From NCBI GenBank assembly GCA_010909165.1, contig MU008170.1, positions 496,001 through 560,000 of the forward strand: a stretch of DNA of 64,000 bases. The letters are read 5' to 3'. Under the pieces are notes generated by a model. That model had not been told where the DNA came from. It did no database searches and was given only the letters and a program-made list of their open reading frames with translations. Positions within the stretch are counted from its first letter, which is position 1; every line of letters begins with the position of its first letter. Positions 49,762 to 62,542 of the stretch are shown here, piece after piece. The position numbers and the translations under genes were made by a program. This DNA is from Anthoceros angustus. Taxonomy: Eukaryota; Plantae; Anthocerotophyta.

Positions 49762-51069
49762 AAGACAAGTAACTCTTTGAAACACTTTGGCAAGGGTTCT
49801 CTATAGCAGTCTTTTAAGGACATGTTTATTAATTTGTGCCTGTTTGCATGTCCTAGACGAGCGTGCCACAAGGAAGCTAATTGTGAAGACGACATGGAAG
49901 GTGGTCCAATGGAGTAGGCTGCTGGGACTGTTCGACTAGAGATGTCCAAAGGATAAAGATCATCACTAAGGACTCCCCTGAAGACAGCTGCCTGGAACAT
50001 CAGTTCTATAGAAGCAGCAGACTCCCTCTAAAGCACTCATCTCAAAGGTTCATAACTTCAACAACTTACTCATGGACATAGAATTCTTCCCCATCAGTGG
50101 CACGTAAAGGACATGATCCAAAGTAAGATGTGTACCATATGACAATTGAAACTTACATACACCTTAGCCTTTGATGTATAGGCTTGTCTGGTTTTGTTCT
50201 ATCTCAAGCAGACACGTTTCTTTCACCGTACCAAGTGTAAAATTGTGCCTTTGTCGGATGTGGGCTATGTGATAGTCAAGGTACCAACCACCATCTCCAG
50301 GCAACGAGCTCGTCAAACAAACTGTAAGAATCTTGACTGTTGCTTTTGGTCCAGGTCCGTCATTGGGAGCCTTGTCCTTCAAAGCTACATTACACGTCGA
50401 GCCCCGATCGTGTTCTCACTTCATATTCCAAAGACTACATGCCCAATGTCTAGCGACACCACACCAATTATAATTGCCTATGCGACGTGGGTTAGCAGAG
50501 CTAGACTCACCCTTAGAGTCTGCAGATGCTTTTCCCTTGTTTCGATTCTACTTGTATCCAACTGCCAGTGCCTTGTGGTGCTTAGGTTTAGAGCCTCTAC
50601 TGACGAACAAAGCGACTTTTGTTCCTCACGGAAGGCGCAATTATCTCCTCGGTGAGATGGTAGGCGTAACACCTTAAGAAGCTTGATATGCAATCCTAAT
50701 TGGAGCATTGTGACTAGTCACAAAATTCTAACAGGATGCTGGGAGACTGGTGAGCAACTGAGCAGCAGCATCAACTTCCTTCATGTCTAAGCCAAGAGAT
50801 TTCAGCTGCCGACGAAGCTGTCGGAACTTGGCGACATGTGCTATCTTGAGCCTTCTTGTCCTTGACGTCCCAGGTACGTTTGCTCTCAGGACTCCAAGTC
50901 CAAGGGCGCTATAGGCTTCCACTAACGATGTCTCATAGTTTTCGGTTTCGCAGGACTCCCCTCATTTGCAAGCGCCAGACGTCATAGTCCTTGCCTTTGA
51001 ATCTATCCTTTTCTTTGAATCTATCTCCAAAGTTATGAACCACTGTTGGTTTGGATTCTAGTGGGTCTT
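49420..51069 (-). mobile_element. Degenerate Ty1/copia retrotransposon (gag, GAG-pre-integrase, integrase core)
   Basis: RFKGKDYDVWRLQMRGVL, IAHVAKFRQLRRQLKSLG...AQLLTSLPAS, GGWYLD, LWHARLGHAN, CILAK, VHANISG and DDFSRYSW; many stops. Confidence 0.88.
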
Positions 51070-54000
51070 TGTCACGACAGTGACCCCGATCGGCATCAGC
51101 AAGCCTAAGACCCCACCAATCGACGTGGAGGGCTGACCACAAAGCGGCTGCCGCAGCGAGAGGCGGGACACTCACAGGCCACACCTCGTCCGCCCGGCAG
51201 CCGGGCCGGACATAGCGTTAAGCGCGCGGTGTGAGAATCGCGATCCCGTTATCCCACCGTTAGAGTGCTAACCCCTTCACGTCCGTAGATAGGAAAACCC
51301 GTTACTAACCAATCGATGTAAATAACGGTGTCGCCTAACAATTTGGATGTTCTTGGTCCGTAAGAGTGTATATAAAACCCGGTAATGAAAGCATCGGTGA
51401 TTCGGGCACATCACGGAGCCTCGTTCCGTCGCGGTCCTCGGCGGTTTGGGCGTAGCATCTTAGTATCGAGCCACGCGATCTTCGATCTCGGCGGAGGGGC
51501 CGGCACCGATCGGACGGCTATGGCGGACACCGATCGCTCAATGGCGCGACCGCTTACGTTGCGTGGCGGCCTCAGTTCTTCCCTGTCAGAAGGCGGACCG
51601 CGGCGGTCGGGACGCTCCTCTCCCGGCGCGGTAGAGACAATCCAGTGCGTAGGCGCTCGCGGCCACCGTCCCACGGAGATCCCACCATCCGGAGGTGGAG
51701 TCAAGTACCACGAGCAGTCCCTCGGCCGGGCCGACCTTGAAACTCCGGGCGCCGAGGCTCCTCCGCGGCCTGGACTGGCAGCCAAGGGCCGAGGCCTCAG
51801 CATCCTGGACACAGGCAGCTCCGGCCCCTGGGCGGAGAAGACCACGAGGGTGGAGGCCGTCTGCAGGGCGTAGCGGCTCGCCCGGCAGGAGTCATGGAGT
51901 CGGCCCCTACGCGTCAGATCTCGATGGTCGAAGGTCGGTGGGCGCCGATTGGAAGGCTTGTTGAGGCTATCAGGCGGCAGTCTGCGCGAAGGCGGCGGTG
52001 GATCCCGCTCCCATGCCATCGGCGCCACGAGCCCGATCGGGCCGGCGCCGTACTCGGATCTTGTCAAGAACCCCGGGTCGATGTGAAAGAAGCGGCATCG
52101 GTGGGTCATGTGGCGACGAAGCAGCGAGGAGGAGCAAACCTTGCCGGTGACGGTAAACCTCCTCCACAGTGAAAACAACAACAAGGACATCCAGTAAGGC
52201 TGCGGCTCTCTGATGCGAGCTGGGAGGCCCGGAAGGGTCGGGCCTAAGGAGCAACAGTCCCAAGAGGACTGTCCACCCAGCGCTCGATAAAAATTACGTA
52301 AGATCGAACCACGACCTTCAATGGAAGCGAAAAAGATGCACAAGCGGTTCATGTTGGTGGACAAAATTTGGACAAGTACCTCGGCGCCTCGGAGAAGGGC
52401 GACCCGGAAGATACAATTGCGTGATGTCATTGGAAGAATGCAGCGTCAGTTGGTGGAAGCGGGAAAAGCAAGTAGAATTGGGCATGGAAGCCCCATCTAC
52501 TCTGGCCCTCCTTAGCCAAATCTTCCTCGAACACTTCGCGGTCAACCCGCCGGAGCTGTATCACGATTGGAAGATTCAGAATCTTGTGCAAGAATCTGCG
52601 ATAAATTTAGCTAACCTTGGACATGCCCGCTGGGCGAGCAATCGGCGCTTCATCGATGGTGAAATTCGACCTTGAGCCGGCGTCAGGAGCACCGGTGAAG
52701 CAATGAAAGCGGCGATTAATTACGGCAATAACAAGTACAAGCATGCCAACACCCAACTGCGAAGCCCAAATGGGGACAAGCGGCAAGCGATGGAAAAGAA
52801 ACCTTCAAGCTCTTGGTGAGGAGGCGGAAGAAATGTCGGGACAAACACTTGTGCTTCACATGTGCCTCCACCGGGTCGAGTCATGCCCACAAGTCGGGAC
52901 TTCATCAAGCGGCTCAAAGGCGGGCGGACCACCCGCCCCTCGGTGGGATCGGAGGTAAGCCCAAGAGCAACGAGGTCAAGATCGAGAGATCGAGGAACCC
53001 CGAAATCGTGCCAGTAGTCGGCCAAACCTCAAACCCTTTGAGCTTCCCACATCTGGATCAAGATGCCGATAAGCATCGGAGGAGAGCAGCAGCTGGACTC
53101 GGGGAGCCAGCCACCATTTCATCTCGCGATTCGGCGGCCAACGAGTATCCTCCATCGGGGACACCGGGGCCAGTGTCGGCCAGTGGTCACCATGTTGAGC
53201 AGCAGAGGCCAAGCCAGGCGCCACACCGTGGTTTTCTGGAGGCACCAAGAGGCTGAGTTCACGGTCGTGCCGCCCTTTGCCACGATCTCATCGTTGGCTT
53301 ATACCACTCCAAGCACACCTGGGTGTTGGGCACACACGGTTGTGCAAGTCGGTGGCACCAATATGTCATGCGAGGGAGATACATCCCGACAAATTGTTTT
53401 GCGGTATCGGCCCTCAATAAGCGGTGCCGGCGTTATACATCGCCCTCAAGAGTCTTACCTCTGGAGTGCAGTGAGTCCGGGCCACTCGGACGGAGGCTGC
53501 ACTTCCATGAGCCATGAAGGATACGCTCACGAGTCGCCGGTTCGAGCCGCCCGAACTTCCCCCGCGGCGATGCATGGACCACGCCATCGAGCTTGCGGGC
53601 ACAAAGGTTAGTATCGCCTTATGGTGCTGCGAGCGAAGAAATCAAGCGGTGGATGAACTCTTCTGGCGGCTTCGTTCGGCCCTCGGTGTCGCCCTTGATT
53701 GCACCGTGATCTGGTGGCCAAACCGGCGGTTGGAGGTTGTCGTCGATTAGCGGCTGAACAAGGCAACCATCGAGGCGTGTACGGATGCGGAATCGATGAG
53801 ATTACGGACCAACTCCATGGGACACGTTACTTCACCAAGATCGACACGAGGTCGGGGTTTTACGGATCGAGTCGGGAAGGCGATGAACACAAGACCGCCT
53901 TCCGCTGACCGCTTGAGTGTCGTTATGGCGTTCGGGCTCTGCGCCCGCCACCTTCGATGTCTCATGCAAGAGATCCGAGGCCTTTCGGCCACGGGGTGGA

Positions 54001-56585
54001 GTCTTCGGGCGACATCCTAATCTACACAAGCGATCGGAGGAACACTATCGATTATTCCGGCGAGTCATGGAACTCCTTGGAAGCATAATCTCTGGCAAAG
54101 AAGCAAGTGCGTCTTATGCGGGAAAAATCACGAATACAGGGCACATCATGCATGGCGGTATCTCGATCGACACCCATAAAATCCAAAGCGATTATGGGTG
54201 GCCCTTCCAGCGTGACCAGGTGCGAGGCTTCCTCGGCATGGCGGTTTCTACCGCGAGTTAGTCGAATTTCGATCGGTGCCATGCCAGCGGAGGCCCTCAA
54301 AGCATCCGTAGAAGGCCATCACGTTGGGAAAAGGCGCGAAGGCCTTCTCTCTCCAAGCGGCTCCTCGGCACCGCTCCCGTCCTTCGTGGCGGACGGCGCA
54401 GCCCTACAGTACGGGCGCCTCCGATCGGGCTATTGGGGCGTGTTGTCCCAAAAGCGGGGTCATCGCCTGAGTCCGTAAGCTACGATGCTGGCGTAACTTC
54501 TGCTGCGACAAGAAATGTTAGCCATCATACCGCCACCAGGTATGGCGCCACTACCTACTCGGCCAACATTTCACTTGCTTCGACCACCATTCGCTCTGAC
54601 ACACTACTCAACGCCTACGGTAGCGGTGAACACTATGATATGGACATCAAATCGTGGCGGGACCCTCCAGCGTCGTGGCGGGCTCGGCGGGAGGCTGCAC
54701 CTTGATGGTGACGGTGGAAACCCTGCGCCAGGTTCGCGGCTACGCCAAGGACCCAAAATGGTGGTCGGTTTATCAGCGGTGTTAGCGGAACGCATAAGCG
54801 GCATACCCACTAGCCTCCTGCGGTCTACTCTATCAGGGGCGCAAACCTATAGGGCCGTTTGGTCATACCAACCCGGTGACCCAACTCAAGCGGGCCATCC
54901 TACACGACTGCACGGCGGCCCGATCTCGGGACACCTCGGCATCGACAAAACTTGTCGAGGTCAGCGGCATTACCATTGGGAGGACATGCGGCGGATGTCA
55001 TAGCATGGGTCCGCTCACCGCACCTCCAGCAGGTCAAAGCAGGCATCGAAACTCCACAGGCTGCTGCAACCCTTACAGATCCCTTGGCGATTTGATCCAT
55101 CTCCATGGACTTCATCACTCACCTACCTCGGACACGCTCCGGCAAGGGCGGCATCGGGTGATTGTCGAGGTGTCAAGGTTTGCCACCTAGTCCCCACCAC
55201 ACAGTTTGACGACCGGCGGATGTTATCGGGAAGTGTTTGGTGCATGGCGGAAAGTATCGTGTCGGCGGAGACCAGAAGTTCCATCTCGATTACGGAAGGC
55301 GTTCACGAATCCTCGGGATCCGGCAACTCATGTCCTGACTGCCACCCAGGGGCAGGGCGGTCGACGGAGAAGCACAACCAAGTCTCACGAAGACATCTTT
55401 GCGCCACTTACGCCGGGAAAAACAAGGGCGGTGGGAGGAGCTTTTACCTCTTATGGATGCAGCGTATAACTCCTCCAAGCATGCCTCAAGTCGCCCCTTC
55501 AAGCTCTTGTATGGTGAATGCCCACCACCTCTGGCCTCTGGCCTCCTCTCCCAACGCCAATGGCAAGCGCATGAGAACTCACGGAGGATGTGTTTCCACG
55601 AAGTTCATGAGGCAGAAGGCGTGGCGGCACGGGGCAGTACAAGCGACATGTCTTTGACAAGGGGCCTTGCCCATCTCTTACCGAGGTTGGACGGATGGTG
55701 TGGCTTCGTATGAAGCCCATAGGTATCCCTCTCAGTGCGAAGCAGCTCGCGTCTCGGTTTGTGGGTCCTTTCCCATCACCATTTGCATCAACCGGTCGCA
55801 TATCGGTTGGGCTTCACGCTGGAAAGATGTGCCGGACGTTCCATGTCTCTATGCTCAAACCACAGGTTCCCGCCCCGCCACCTCCGGCCGGAGGACCACG
55901 GCCTGACTACCGGCCCCTCGGCATCTCCCAGTCGGACCCATGGGACCCGAGTGCAGGAAGGCCGCGTCTCATCGGTAGGCCCTAACCCTCTTCATCCGCC
56001 CCCGGCTGCTCCAGACCACGGTCCCTCACGGTCTTCTAGCCGGACCCGCATCCTAGCAAGCGCCCGGTCGTGCGCTCTCGGGCGATCACAGTTTCAGTCG
56101 GATGGGCCATGAGCCGATCACGGCCGCCACATGGGAGGCGAGCTTGGTGCAACTTCCCTCGACTCCGCACCCATGGTCGGGAGGACGGACCAGCCTCGGT
56201 GGGGAGAATGTCGCAGCGGTGACCCCGATCGGCATCAAGCCTAAGACCCCTGCCAAGCGTAAGGAGGCCGGCGTACCAGCCACGCGGCTGCCGCGGCGGA
56301 GGGCGGGACACTCACGGTACCCACACCGTCCGCCCGGCGAGGCGGACATGCGTTAGCGCATGCGTGTGTCAGAATCGCCGGTCCCGTTATCCCACCCGTT
56401 AGAGTGCTAACCTTCACGTCCGTAGATAGGAAAACCCGTTACTAACCAATCGATGTAAATAACTTGAATTGTCACTAACAAATTTGGATGTTCTTGGTCC
56501 GGACCGAGGTGTATAAAACCCACACGTAAATGAAAGCATCGATTCGGAGCACATCACGGAGCCTCGTTCCGTCGCGGTCCTCGGT
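51070..56585 (+). mobile_element. Ty3/gypsy chromovirus-type LTR retrotransposon, heavily frameshifted
   Basis: 5' LTR 51070-51457 (TG..CA); degenerate Met PBS TTAGTATCGAGCC; gag CFTC; RT fragments LPPRRCMDHAIEL, LHGTRYFTKID and EGDEHKTAFR; integrase SGHLGIDKT, MDAAYNSSKHAS and RFVGPF; chromodomain-like GHEPITAATWE; PPT GGGGAGAA at 56201-56208; 3' LTR 56209-56585, truncated. Confidence 0.9.
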
Positions 56586-56594
56586 GATTTAATC

Positions 56595-59500
56595 ATGTAT
56601 ATATACATATGTATATGCAATACGCTTGTAACCTAAATGTTACATATACTCATATCATTTTAAATAAAATTTGCATATACACGCATACGCTACCTACAAG
56701 CAAGCTTCCACCTTAACTCAAAGCGCTTACAATTGTTTTTTCAATGATAACCTCCGTATATCAATTCCACACAATCTAGCTACGGAGATGGAGGGTGCAG
56801 CACATATTGTTAACATGAGTCTTGGCAGCACTTCCCATTGCACTCTACATGATCCGCCGGACATACTACAAATGGAGCGACATGATCCGAGGTGGAGATG
56901 GAGCAGTGAACCACACAATGTTCCCATGTCTCCCGGTTGGAAATATTCCCGAGTACATAACATAGATGGGGCATCTCCTTTGGCTCACTTGGCATGAATT
57001 CAAATGCAAACTCATGATCCAGCTGGGGTGGAGCAAGTGCGGCACATGGTGTCAACCACGGATCTCCGCATGAGTTCCCAATCCAAGTGATCTTGCACAA
57101 TCCACGATGGAGCTTCCACTTTCACAAATCTCCCAAGCTTGCGATGCCACCTTCCATACACCGATGTGTTTGTCAACACCCTGATGATCCTGCATCCCTA
57201 TCCTCCACCTCAAGTTCCTCTTCTACATCAGCAACCAACTTGTTCTTGATAGCGCCACCATCTTGTATAAAATAAAAGACAATTGGGTCACTATTCCACC
57301 TAGTTGTCACCTCTGTCTACACACATTCGATTTCTTCACTCGCCCATAAAATCCACCAAGAGATGCCCTTTTCCACTTACCAACATCCGAATCCGTGATG
57401 GAGCCTACATCACATTTTACAATCAAGGTGCGTGATAGCCATAGATTTGAAGTAAATAAAAAAAACAATTAACTCACTATTCTAATCCTGCAATCTATCT
57501 CTAGATGTCATACCATCGATGCCCACTGCCACAATTGCCTATCCATAGGAAACATAACAAGATACACAAGGATGTCTTCATTGGAATGAAAGAAAGAGCC
57601 AAACAACAAGATAAAAAATATATATGGAACCTTCCAAGGAAGCTTAGGGAGACCTCATATACCTCACATATATAAGACGATCTCTAATCAGAAATCAAAA
57701 CAATTTATATTGTCGATTATAAAATAAAATAGATTTCTAATCTAAATTTAAATCCAAGTAAATAAAATATTCAATATATGTACATAGATAGCTTAAGAGG
57801 TGTAGCGGACATGGGGTCTCTATGCTAAGGTCATATGATGAAAATTGAGAAGAAGCTTTAGGTGTTGCAATTACAAGCGTTGCGATAACATAAAAAGGTA
57901 TCAAGTACCGGGGACCGTGTTTGGTGTTCGAGTCTTATGACTTATGACCGTATGTATGAAAAAGTCGCCGTAGTTGAGGGCACGGACCAGGTAAGCATGC
58001 GGACCTGGAAGGTCGAAATGCCCGATGGCAAAGGCGAGCCGAGTAATCGCTTTGTGCTTGCATGCCGTGTGAGATTGAAGTCCCCTGCTACTACTGGATG
58101 GAGGAGGATTTTACCGTGCGGCAAGAGCTGAACTGAGCTTCCAAGGCGCTTTCTTGTGGCGTCTTCTTCCTCCCTCATGGATGTTTGCATGCTCGTTGAA
58201 GAAATGGATCATGCATCTTCGTTGGGATTGATCCCAGCTTTGCGCCTCCTTTGTGAGACCTGCAGGTGGAACAAAATTTCTTCAATTCAATTCAAATTAG
58301 TTGTGGCAAGAGGTGGCGGTGGAGAAGCTTCGTGCTCTTGCCCTCGTTGAGGTGGATTGGGAGCGTCTTGGCCATGCCAAGGGATGTGTATACTATTGGG
58401 CCGCCCAATTCTCTCAACGCCTCCTTGTTGCCGCTAGGAAGGCCCCTGCGGCGATCTCGCGACAAGAAAACCTCGCAGGCCTCCGATCCTAATTTCTCAA
58501 GCCGATGAACATTGTACGCCGCCGTCCTTCCTCGTTGATAAGCTATAGCAACGCTTGACGAGCTCTTCTCGCAGAGCGGATGATGGGATGGACCCATTCA
58601 TGGCTCCTTCTAAGATGTCGGGTCCAGATTCACGCTCAAGAACGCGCTCTCCTTAGTTAGCTTCGTTGGTATAGTTTTCTACGTTTAATTCCACCGCCTT
58701 TGACTAAAGGGCGTGCATACTCGAACTCACAATATAAATTTATTTTTTCTCGCAAAACATGCTAAGATCACTTAGAGAGGCTTGCTATTAAATTTATTGT
58801 TCTCTAGCCAGAGTTCTATTCCTCAGAATTAGTTATGACATTGAAATAGTCACTAGTGAGTATCATTCTAGGTAGAATGAGCTTATTCTAAATGGCGACA
58901 AAAAAAAGCTCATTCTTTCCAAGAATCACTAGCAAAAATAAGAATGATGGAAGATATTAATTTCAAGAATGTATATATACATAGATAGCTTAAGAGGTGT
59001 AGCGGACATGGGGTCTCTATGCTAAGGTCATATGATGAAAATTGAGAAGAAGCTTTAGGTGTTGCAATTACAAGCGTTGCGATAACATAAAAAGGTATCA
59101 AGTACCGGGGACCGTGTTTGGTGTTCGAGTCTTATGACTTATGACCGTATGTATGAAAAAGTCGCCGTAGTTGAGGGCACGGACCAGGTAAGCATGCGGA
59201 CCTGGAAGGTCGAAATGCCCGATGGCAAAGGCGAGCCGAGTAATCGCTTTGTGCTTGCATGCCGTGTGAGATTGAAGTCCCCTGCTACTACTGGATGGAG
59301 GAGGATTTTACCGTGCGGCAAGAGCTGAACTGAGCTTCCAAGGCGCTTTCTTGTGGCGTCTTCTTCCTCCCTCATGGATGTTTGCATGCTCGTTGAAGAA
59401 ATGGATCATGCATCTTCGTTGGGATTGATCCCAGCTTTGCGCCTCCTTTGTGAGACCTGCAGGTGGAACAAAATTTCTTTCAATTCAATTCAAATTAGTT

Positions 59501-61590
59501 GTGGCAAGAGGTGGCGGTGGAGAAGCTTCGTGCTCTTGCCCTCGTTGAGGTGGATTGGGAGCGTCTTGGCCATGCCAAGGGATGTGTATACTATTGGGCC
59601 GCCCAATTCTCTCAACGCCTCCTTGTTGCCGCTAGGAAGGCCCCTGCGGCGATCTCGCGACAAGAAAACCTCGCAGGCCTCCGATCCTAATTTCTCAAGC
59701 CGATGAACATTGTACGCCGCCGTCCTTCCTCGTTGATAAGCTATAGCAACGCTTGACGAGCTCTTCTCGCAGAGCGGATGATGGGATGGACCCATTCATG
59801 GCTCCTTCTAAGATGTCGGGTCCAGATTCACGCTCAAGAACGCGCTCTCCTTAGTTAGCTTCGTTGGTATAGTTTTCTACGTTTAATTCCACCGCCTTTG
59901 ACTAAAGGGCGTGCATACTCGAACTCACAATATAAATTTATTTTTTCTCGCAAAACATGCTAAGATCACTTAGAGAGGCTTGCTATTAAATTTATTGTTC
60001 TCTAGCCAGAGTTCTATTCCTCAGAATTAGTTATGACATTGAAATAGTCACTAGTGAGTATCATTCTAGGTAGAATGAGCTTATTCTAAATGGCGACAAA
60101 AAAAAGCTCATTCTTTCCAAGAATCACTAGCAAAAATAAGAATGATGGAAGATATTAATTTCAAGAATGTATATATACATATGTATATACGCTTGTAACC
60201 TAAATGTTACATATACTCATATCATTTTAAATAAAATTTGCATATACACGCATACGCTACCTACAAGCAAGCTTCCACCTTTAACTCAAAGCGCTTACAA
60301 TTGTTTTTCAATGATAACCTCCGTATATCAATTCCACACAATCTAGCTACGGAGATGGAGAGGGTGCAAGACATATTGTTAACTGGAGTCTTGGCAGCAC
60401 TTCCCATTGCACTCTACATGATCCGCCGGACATACTACAAATGGAGCGACATGATCCGAGGTGGAGATGGAGCAGTGAACTACACAATGTTCCCCTGGTC
60501 TCCGTTGGAAATATTCCCGAGTACATAACATAGATGGGGCATCTCCTTTCGCTCACTTGGCATGAATTCAAATGCAAACTCATGATCCAGCGTTGGGGTG
60601 GAGCAAGTGCAGACATGGTGTCAACCACGGATCTCCGCATGAGTTCCCAATCCAAGTGATCTTGCACAATCCACGGATGGAGCTTCCACTTTCACAAATC
60701 TCCCAAGCTTGCGATGCACCTTTGACGCCGCAACATCCGAATCCGTGATGGAGCCTACATCACATTTTTCAAGGTGCGTGATAGCCGCCTATAGATTTGA
60801 AGTAAAATAAAAAACAATTAACTCACTATTCTAATCCGTGCAATCTATCTCTAGATGTCATACCATCAGATGCCCACTCGCCACAATTGCCGCAATCCAT
60901 AGGAAACATAACAAGATACACAAGGATGTCTTCATTGGAATGAAAGAAAAGAGCCAAACAACAAGATAAAAAATATATATGGAACCTTCCAAGGAAGCTT
61001 AGGGAGACCTCATCACCTCACATATATATAGGCTCGAGCAACGATCTCTCGATCACAAGAATCAAACAATTTATATTGTCGATTATAAAATAAAAAATAG
61101 ATTTCTAATCTAAAATTAAATCCAAGTAAATAAAATATTCAATATATGTACATAGATAGCTTAAGAGAGGTGTAGCGGACATGGGTCTCTATGCTAAGGT
61201 CATATGATGAAAATTGAGAAGAAGCTTTAGGTGTTGCAATTACAAGCGTTGATAACATAAGTACGATCAAGTACCGACCGTGTTTGGTGTTCGAGTCTTA
61301 TGACTTATGACCGTATGTATGAAAAGTCGCCGTAGTTGAGGGCACGGACCGTGGTAAGCATGCATCGGAAGGTCGAAATGCCGCCGATGGCAAAGGCCGG
61401 TCGGCCTGCTTTGTGCTTGCATGCCGTGAGATTGAAGTCCCCTATCTACTCGGAGGAGGGATTTTACCGTACCAAGAGCTGAACTCGTGAGCTTCCAAGG
61501 CGCTTTCTTCGTGGCGCTTCTTCCTCCCTCATGGATGTTTGCATGCTCGTTGAAGAAATGGATCATGCATCTTCTGCTGGGATTGATCCG
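56595..61590. repeat. Unclassified repeat arranged X-Y-Y-X-Y(partial)
   Basis: Y = 57781-58983, repeated at offset 1197. X+Y is repeated from 60167 as a much noisier copy. Junctions fall at ATGTATATATACATATGTATAT or TACATA. Confidence 0.8.
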
Positions 61591-62542
61591 TCTGTTGCTT
61601 ATATGTGGAGTTAAAATTTCAGCTCGTGTATATGCACCCCCTATCTTTGAGGTGCACATAGCCGAGCCTGCTAGGATAGCGGACACCGCAGAGCAAGTGC
61701 TAGTGCTAAAAATGGGAATTTATAGTTTAAGTGTCATGCCGCAATACCATTTCATGGCATTATTGTACAATAATGCATACATATCATTTTTTAAGTAACA
61801 AAATGGAATAATTTGTGCGTCTTTACCACACTATACGGTTGATCAATTTGGACCAGGCCACCAAGGCCCGCAATATGCATGAACGACAATATGTTTGATA
61901 GTCCGAAGTAGAGTAATCCGCTCCAAGATCCACACACCCTACAATAGAGAGTGTGTCGAAATTCAAGATTGGGTTAGGAATAAAACGTGTTGTAGCTTGT
62001 TTGGTAGCTTCCTAGTTGGACCCTTGACGCCTTCAAAAACTACATGTATTACCTACTCTATTAGTACTTGGTAGCTTTCTAGTTTGGGAGACGCAAAAAG
62101 AATTTCAGCTACATGTGGTGCCTACCCTTACTAATTGCATATTTGGTAGAGCTTGTTTTGCATTCTAAAATTAAAAGTTTCCTAATTGGGGGAGGCCGCG
62201 AGATATAAAAGAGTGAGCCCGCAGTTCATTAGTCACTCTTAGCTCAATTGTCATAGATGCTATTCTTAAGTTTTCATAGAGTACAACATTTTATTTCTTA
62301 GAGTACAACAATCTATGTTTAAGAGTATAACACTCTATTTTTAAGAGTACAACCCGTTATTTCTTAGAGTGCAACAATATAGTCTAGCCACCAACGCCCT
62401 TTAACCGCTTACACAAGCTCGTGGTTTCTTAGTTGGAGAGAGTTCGTGGGACATAAAAGAGGTAGCTGGTTATGACAAGTGAGAGCTTATCTTACCTTCT
62501 CATTAAGCAAAGAGGTTATCTTATATTCTACAAAACATAACC

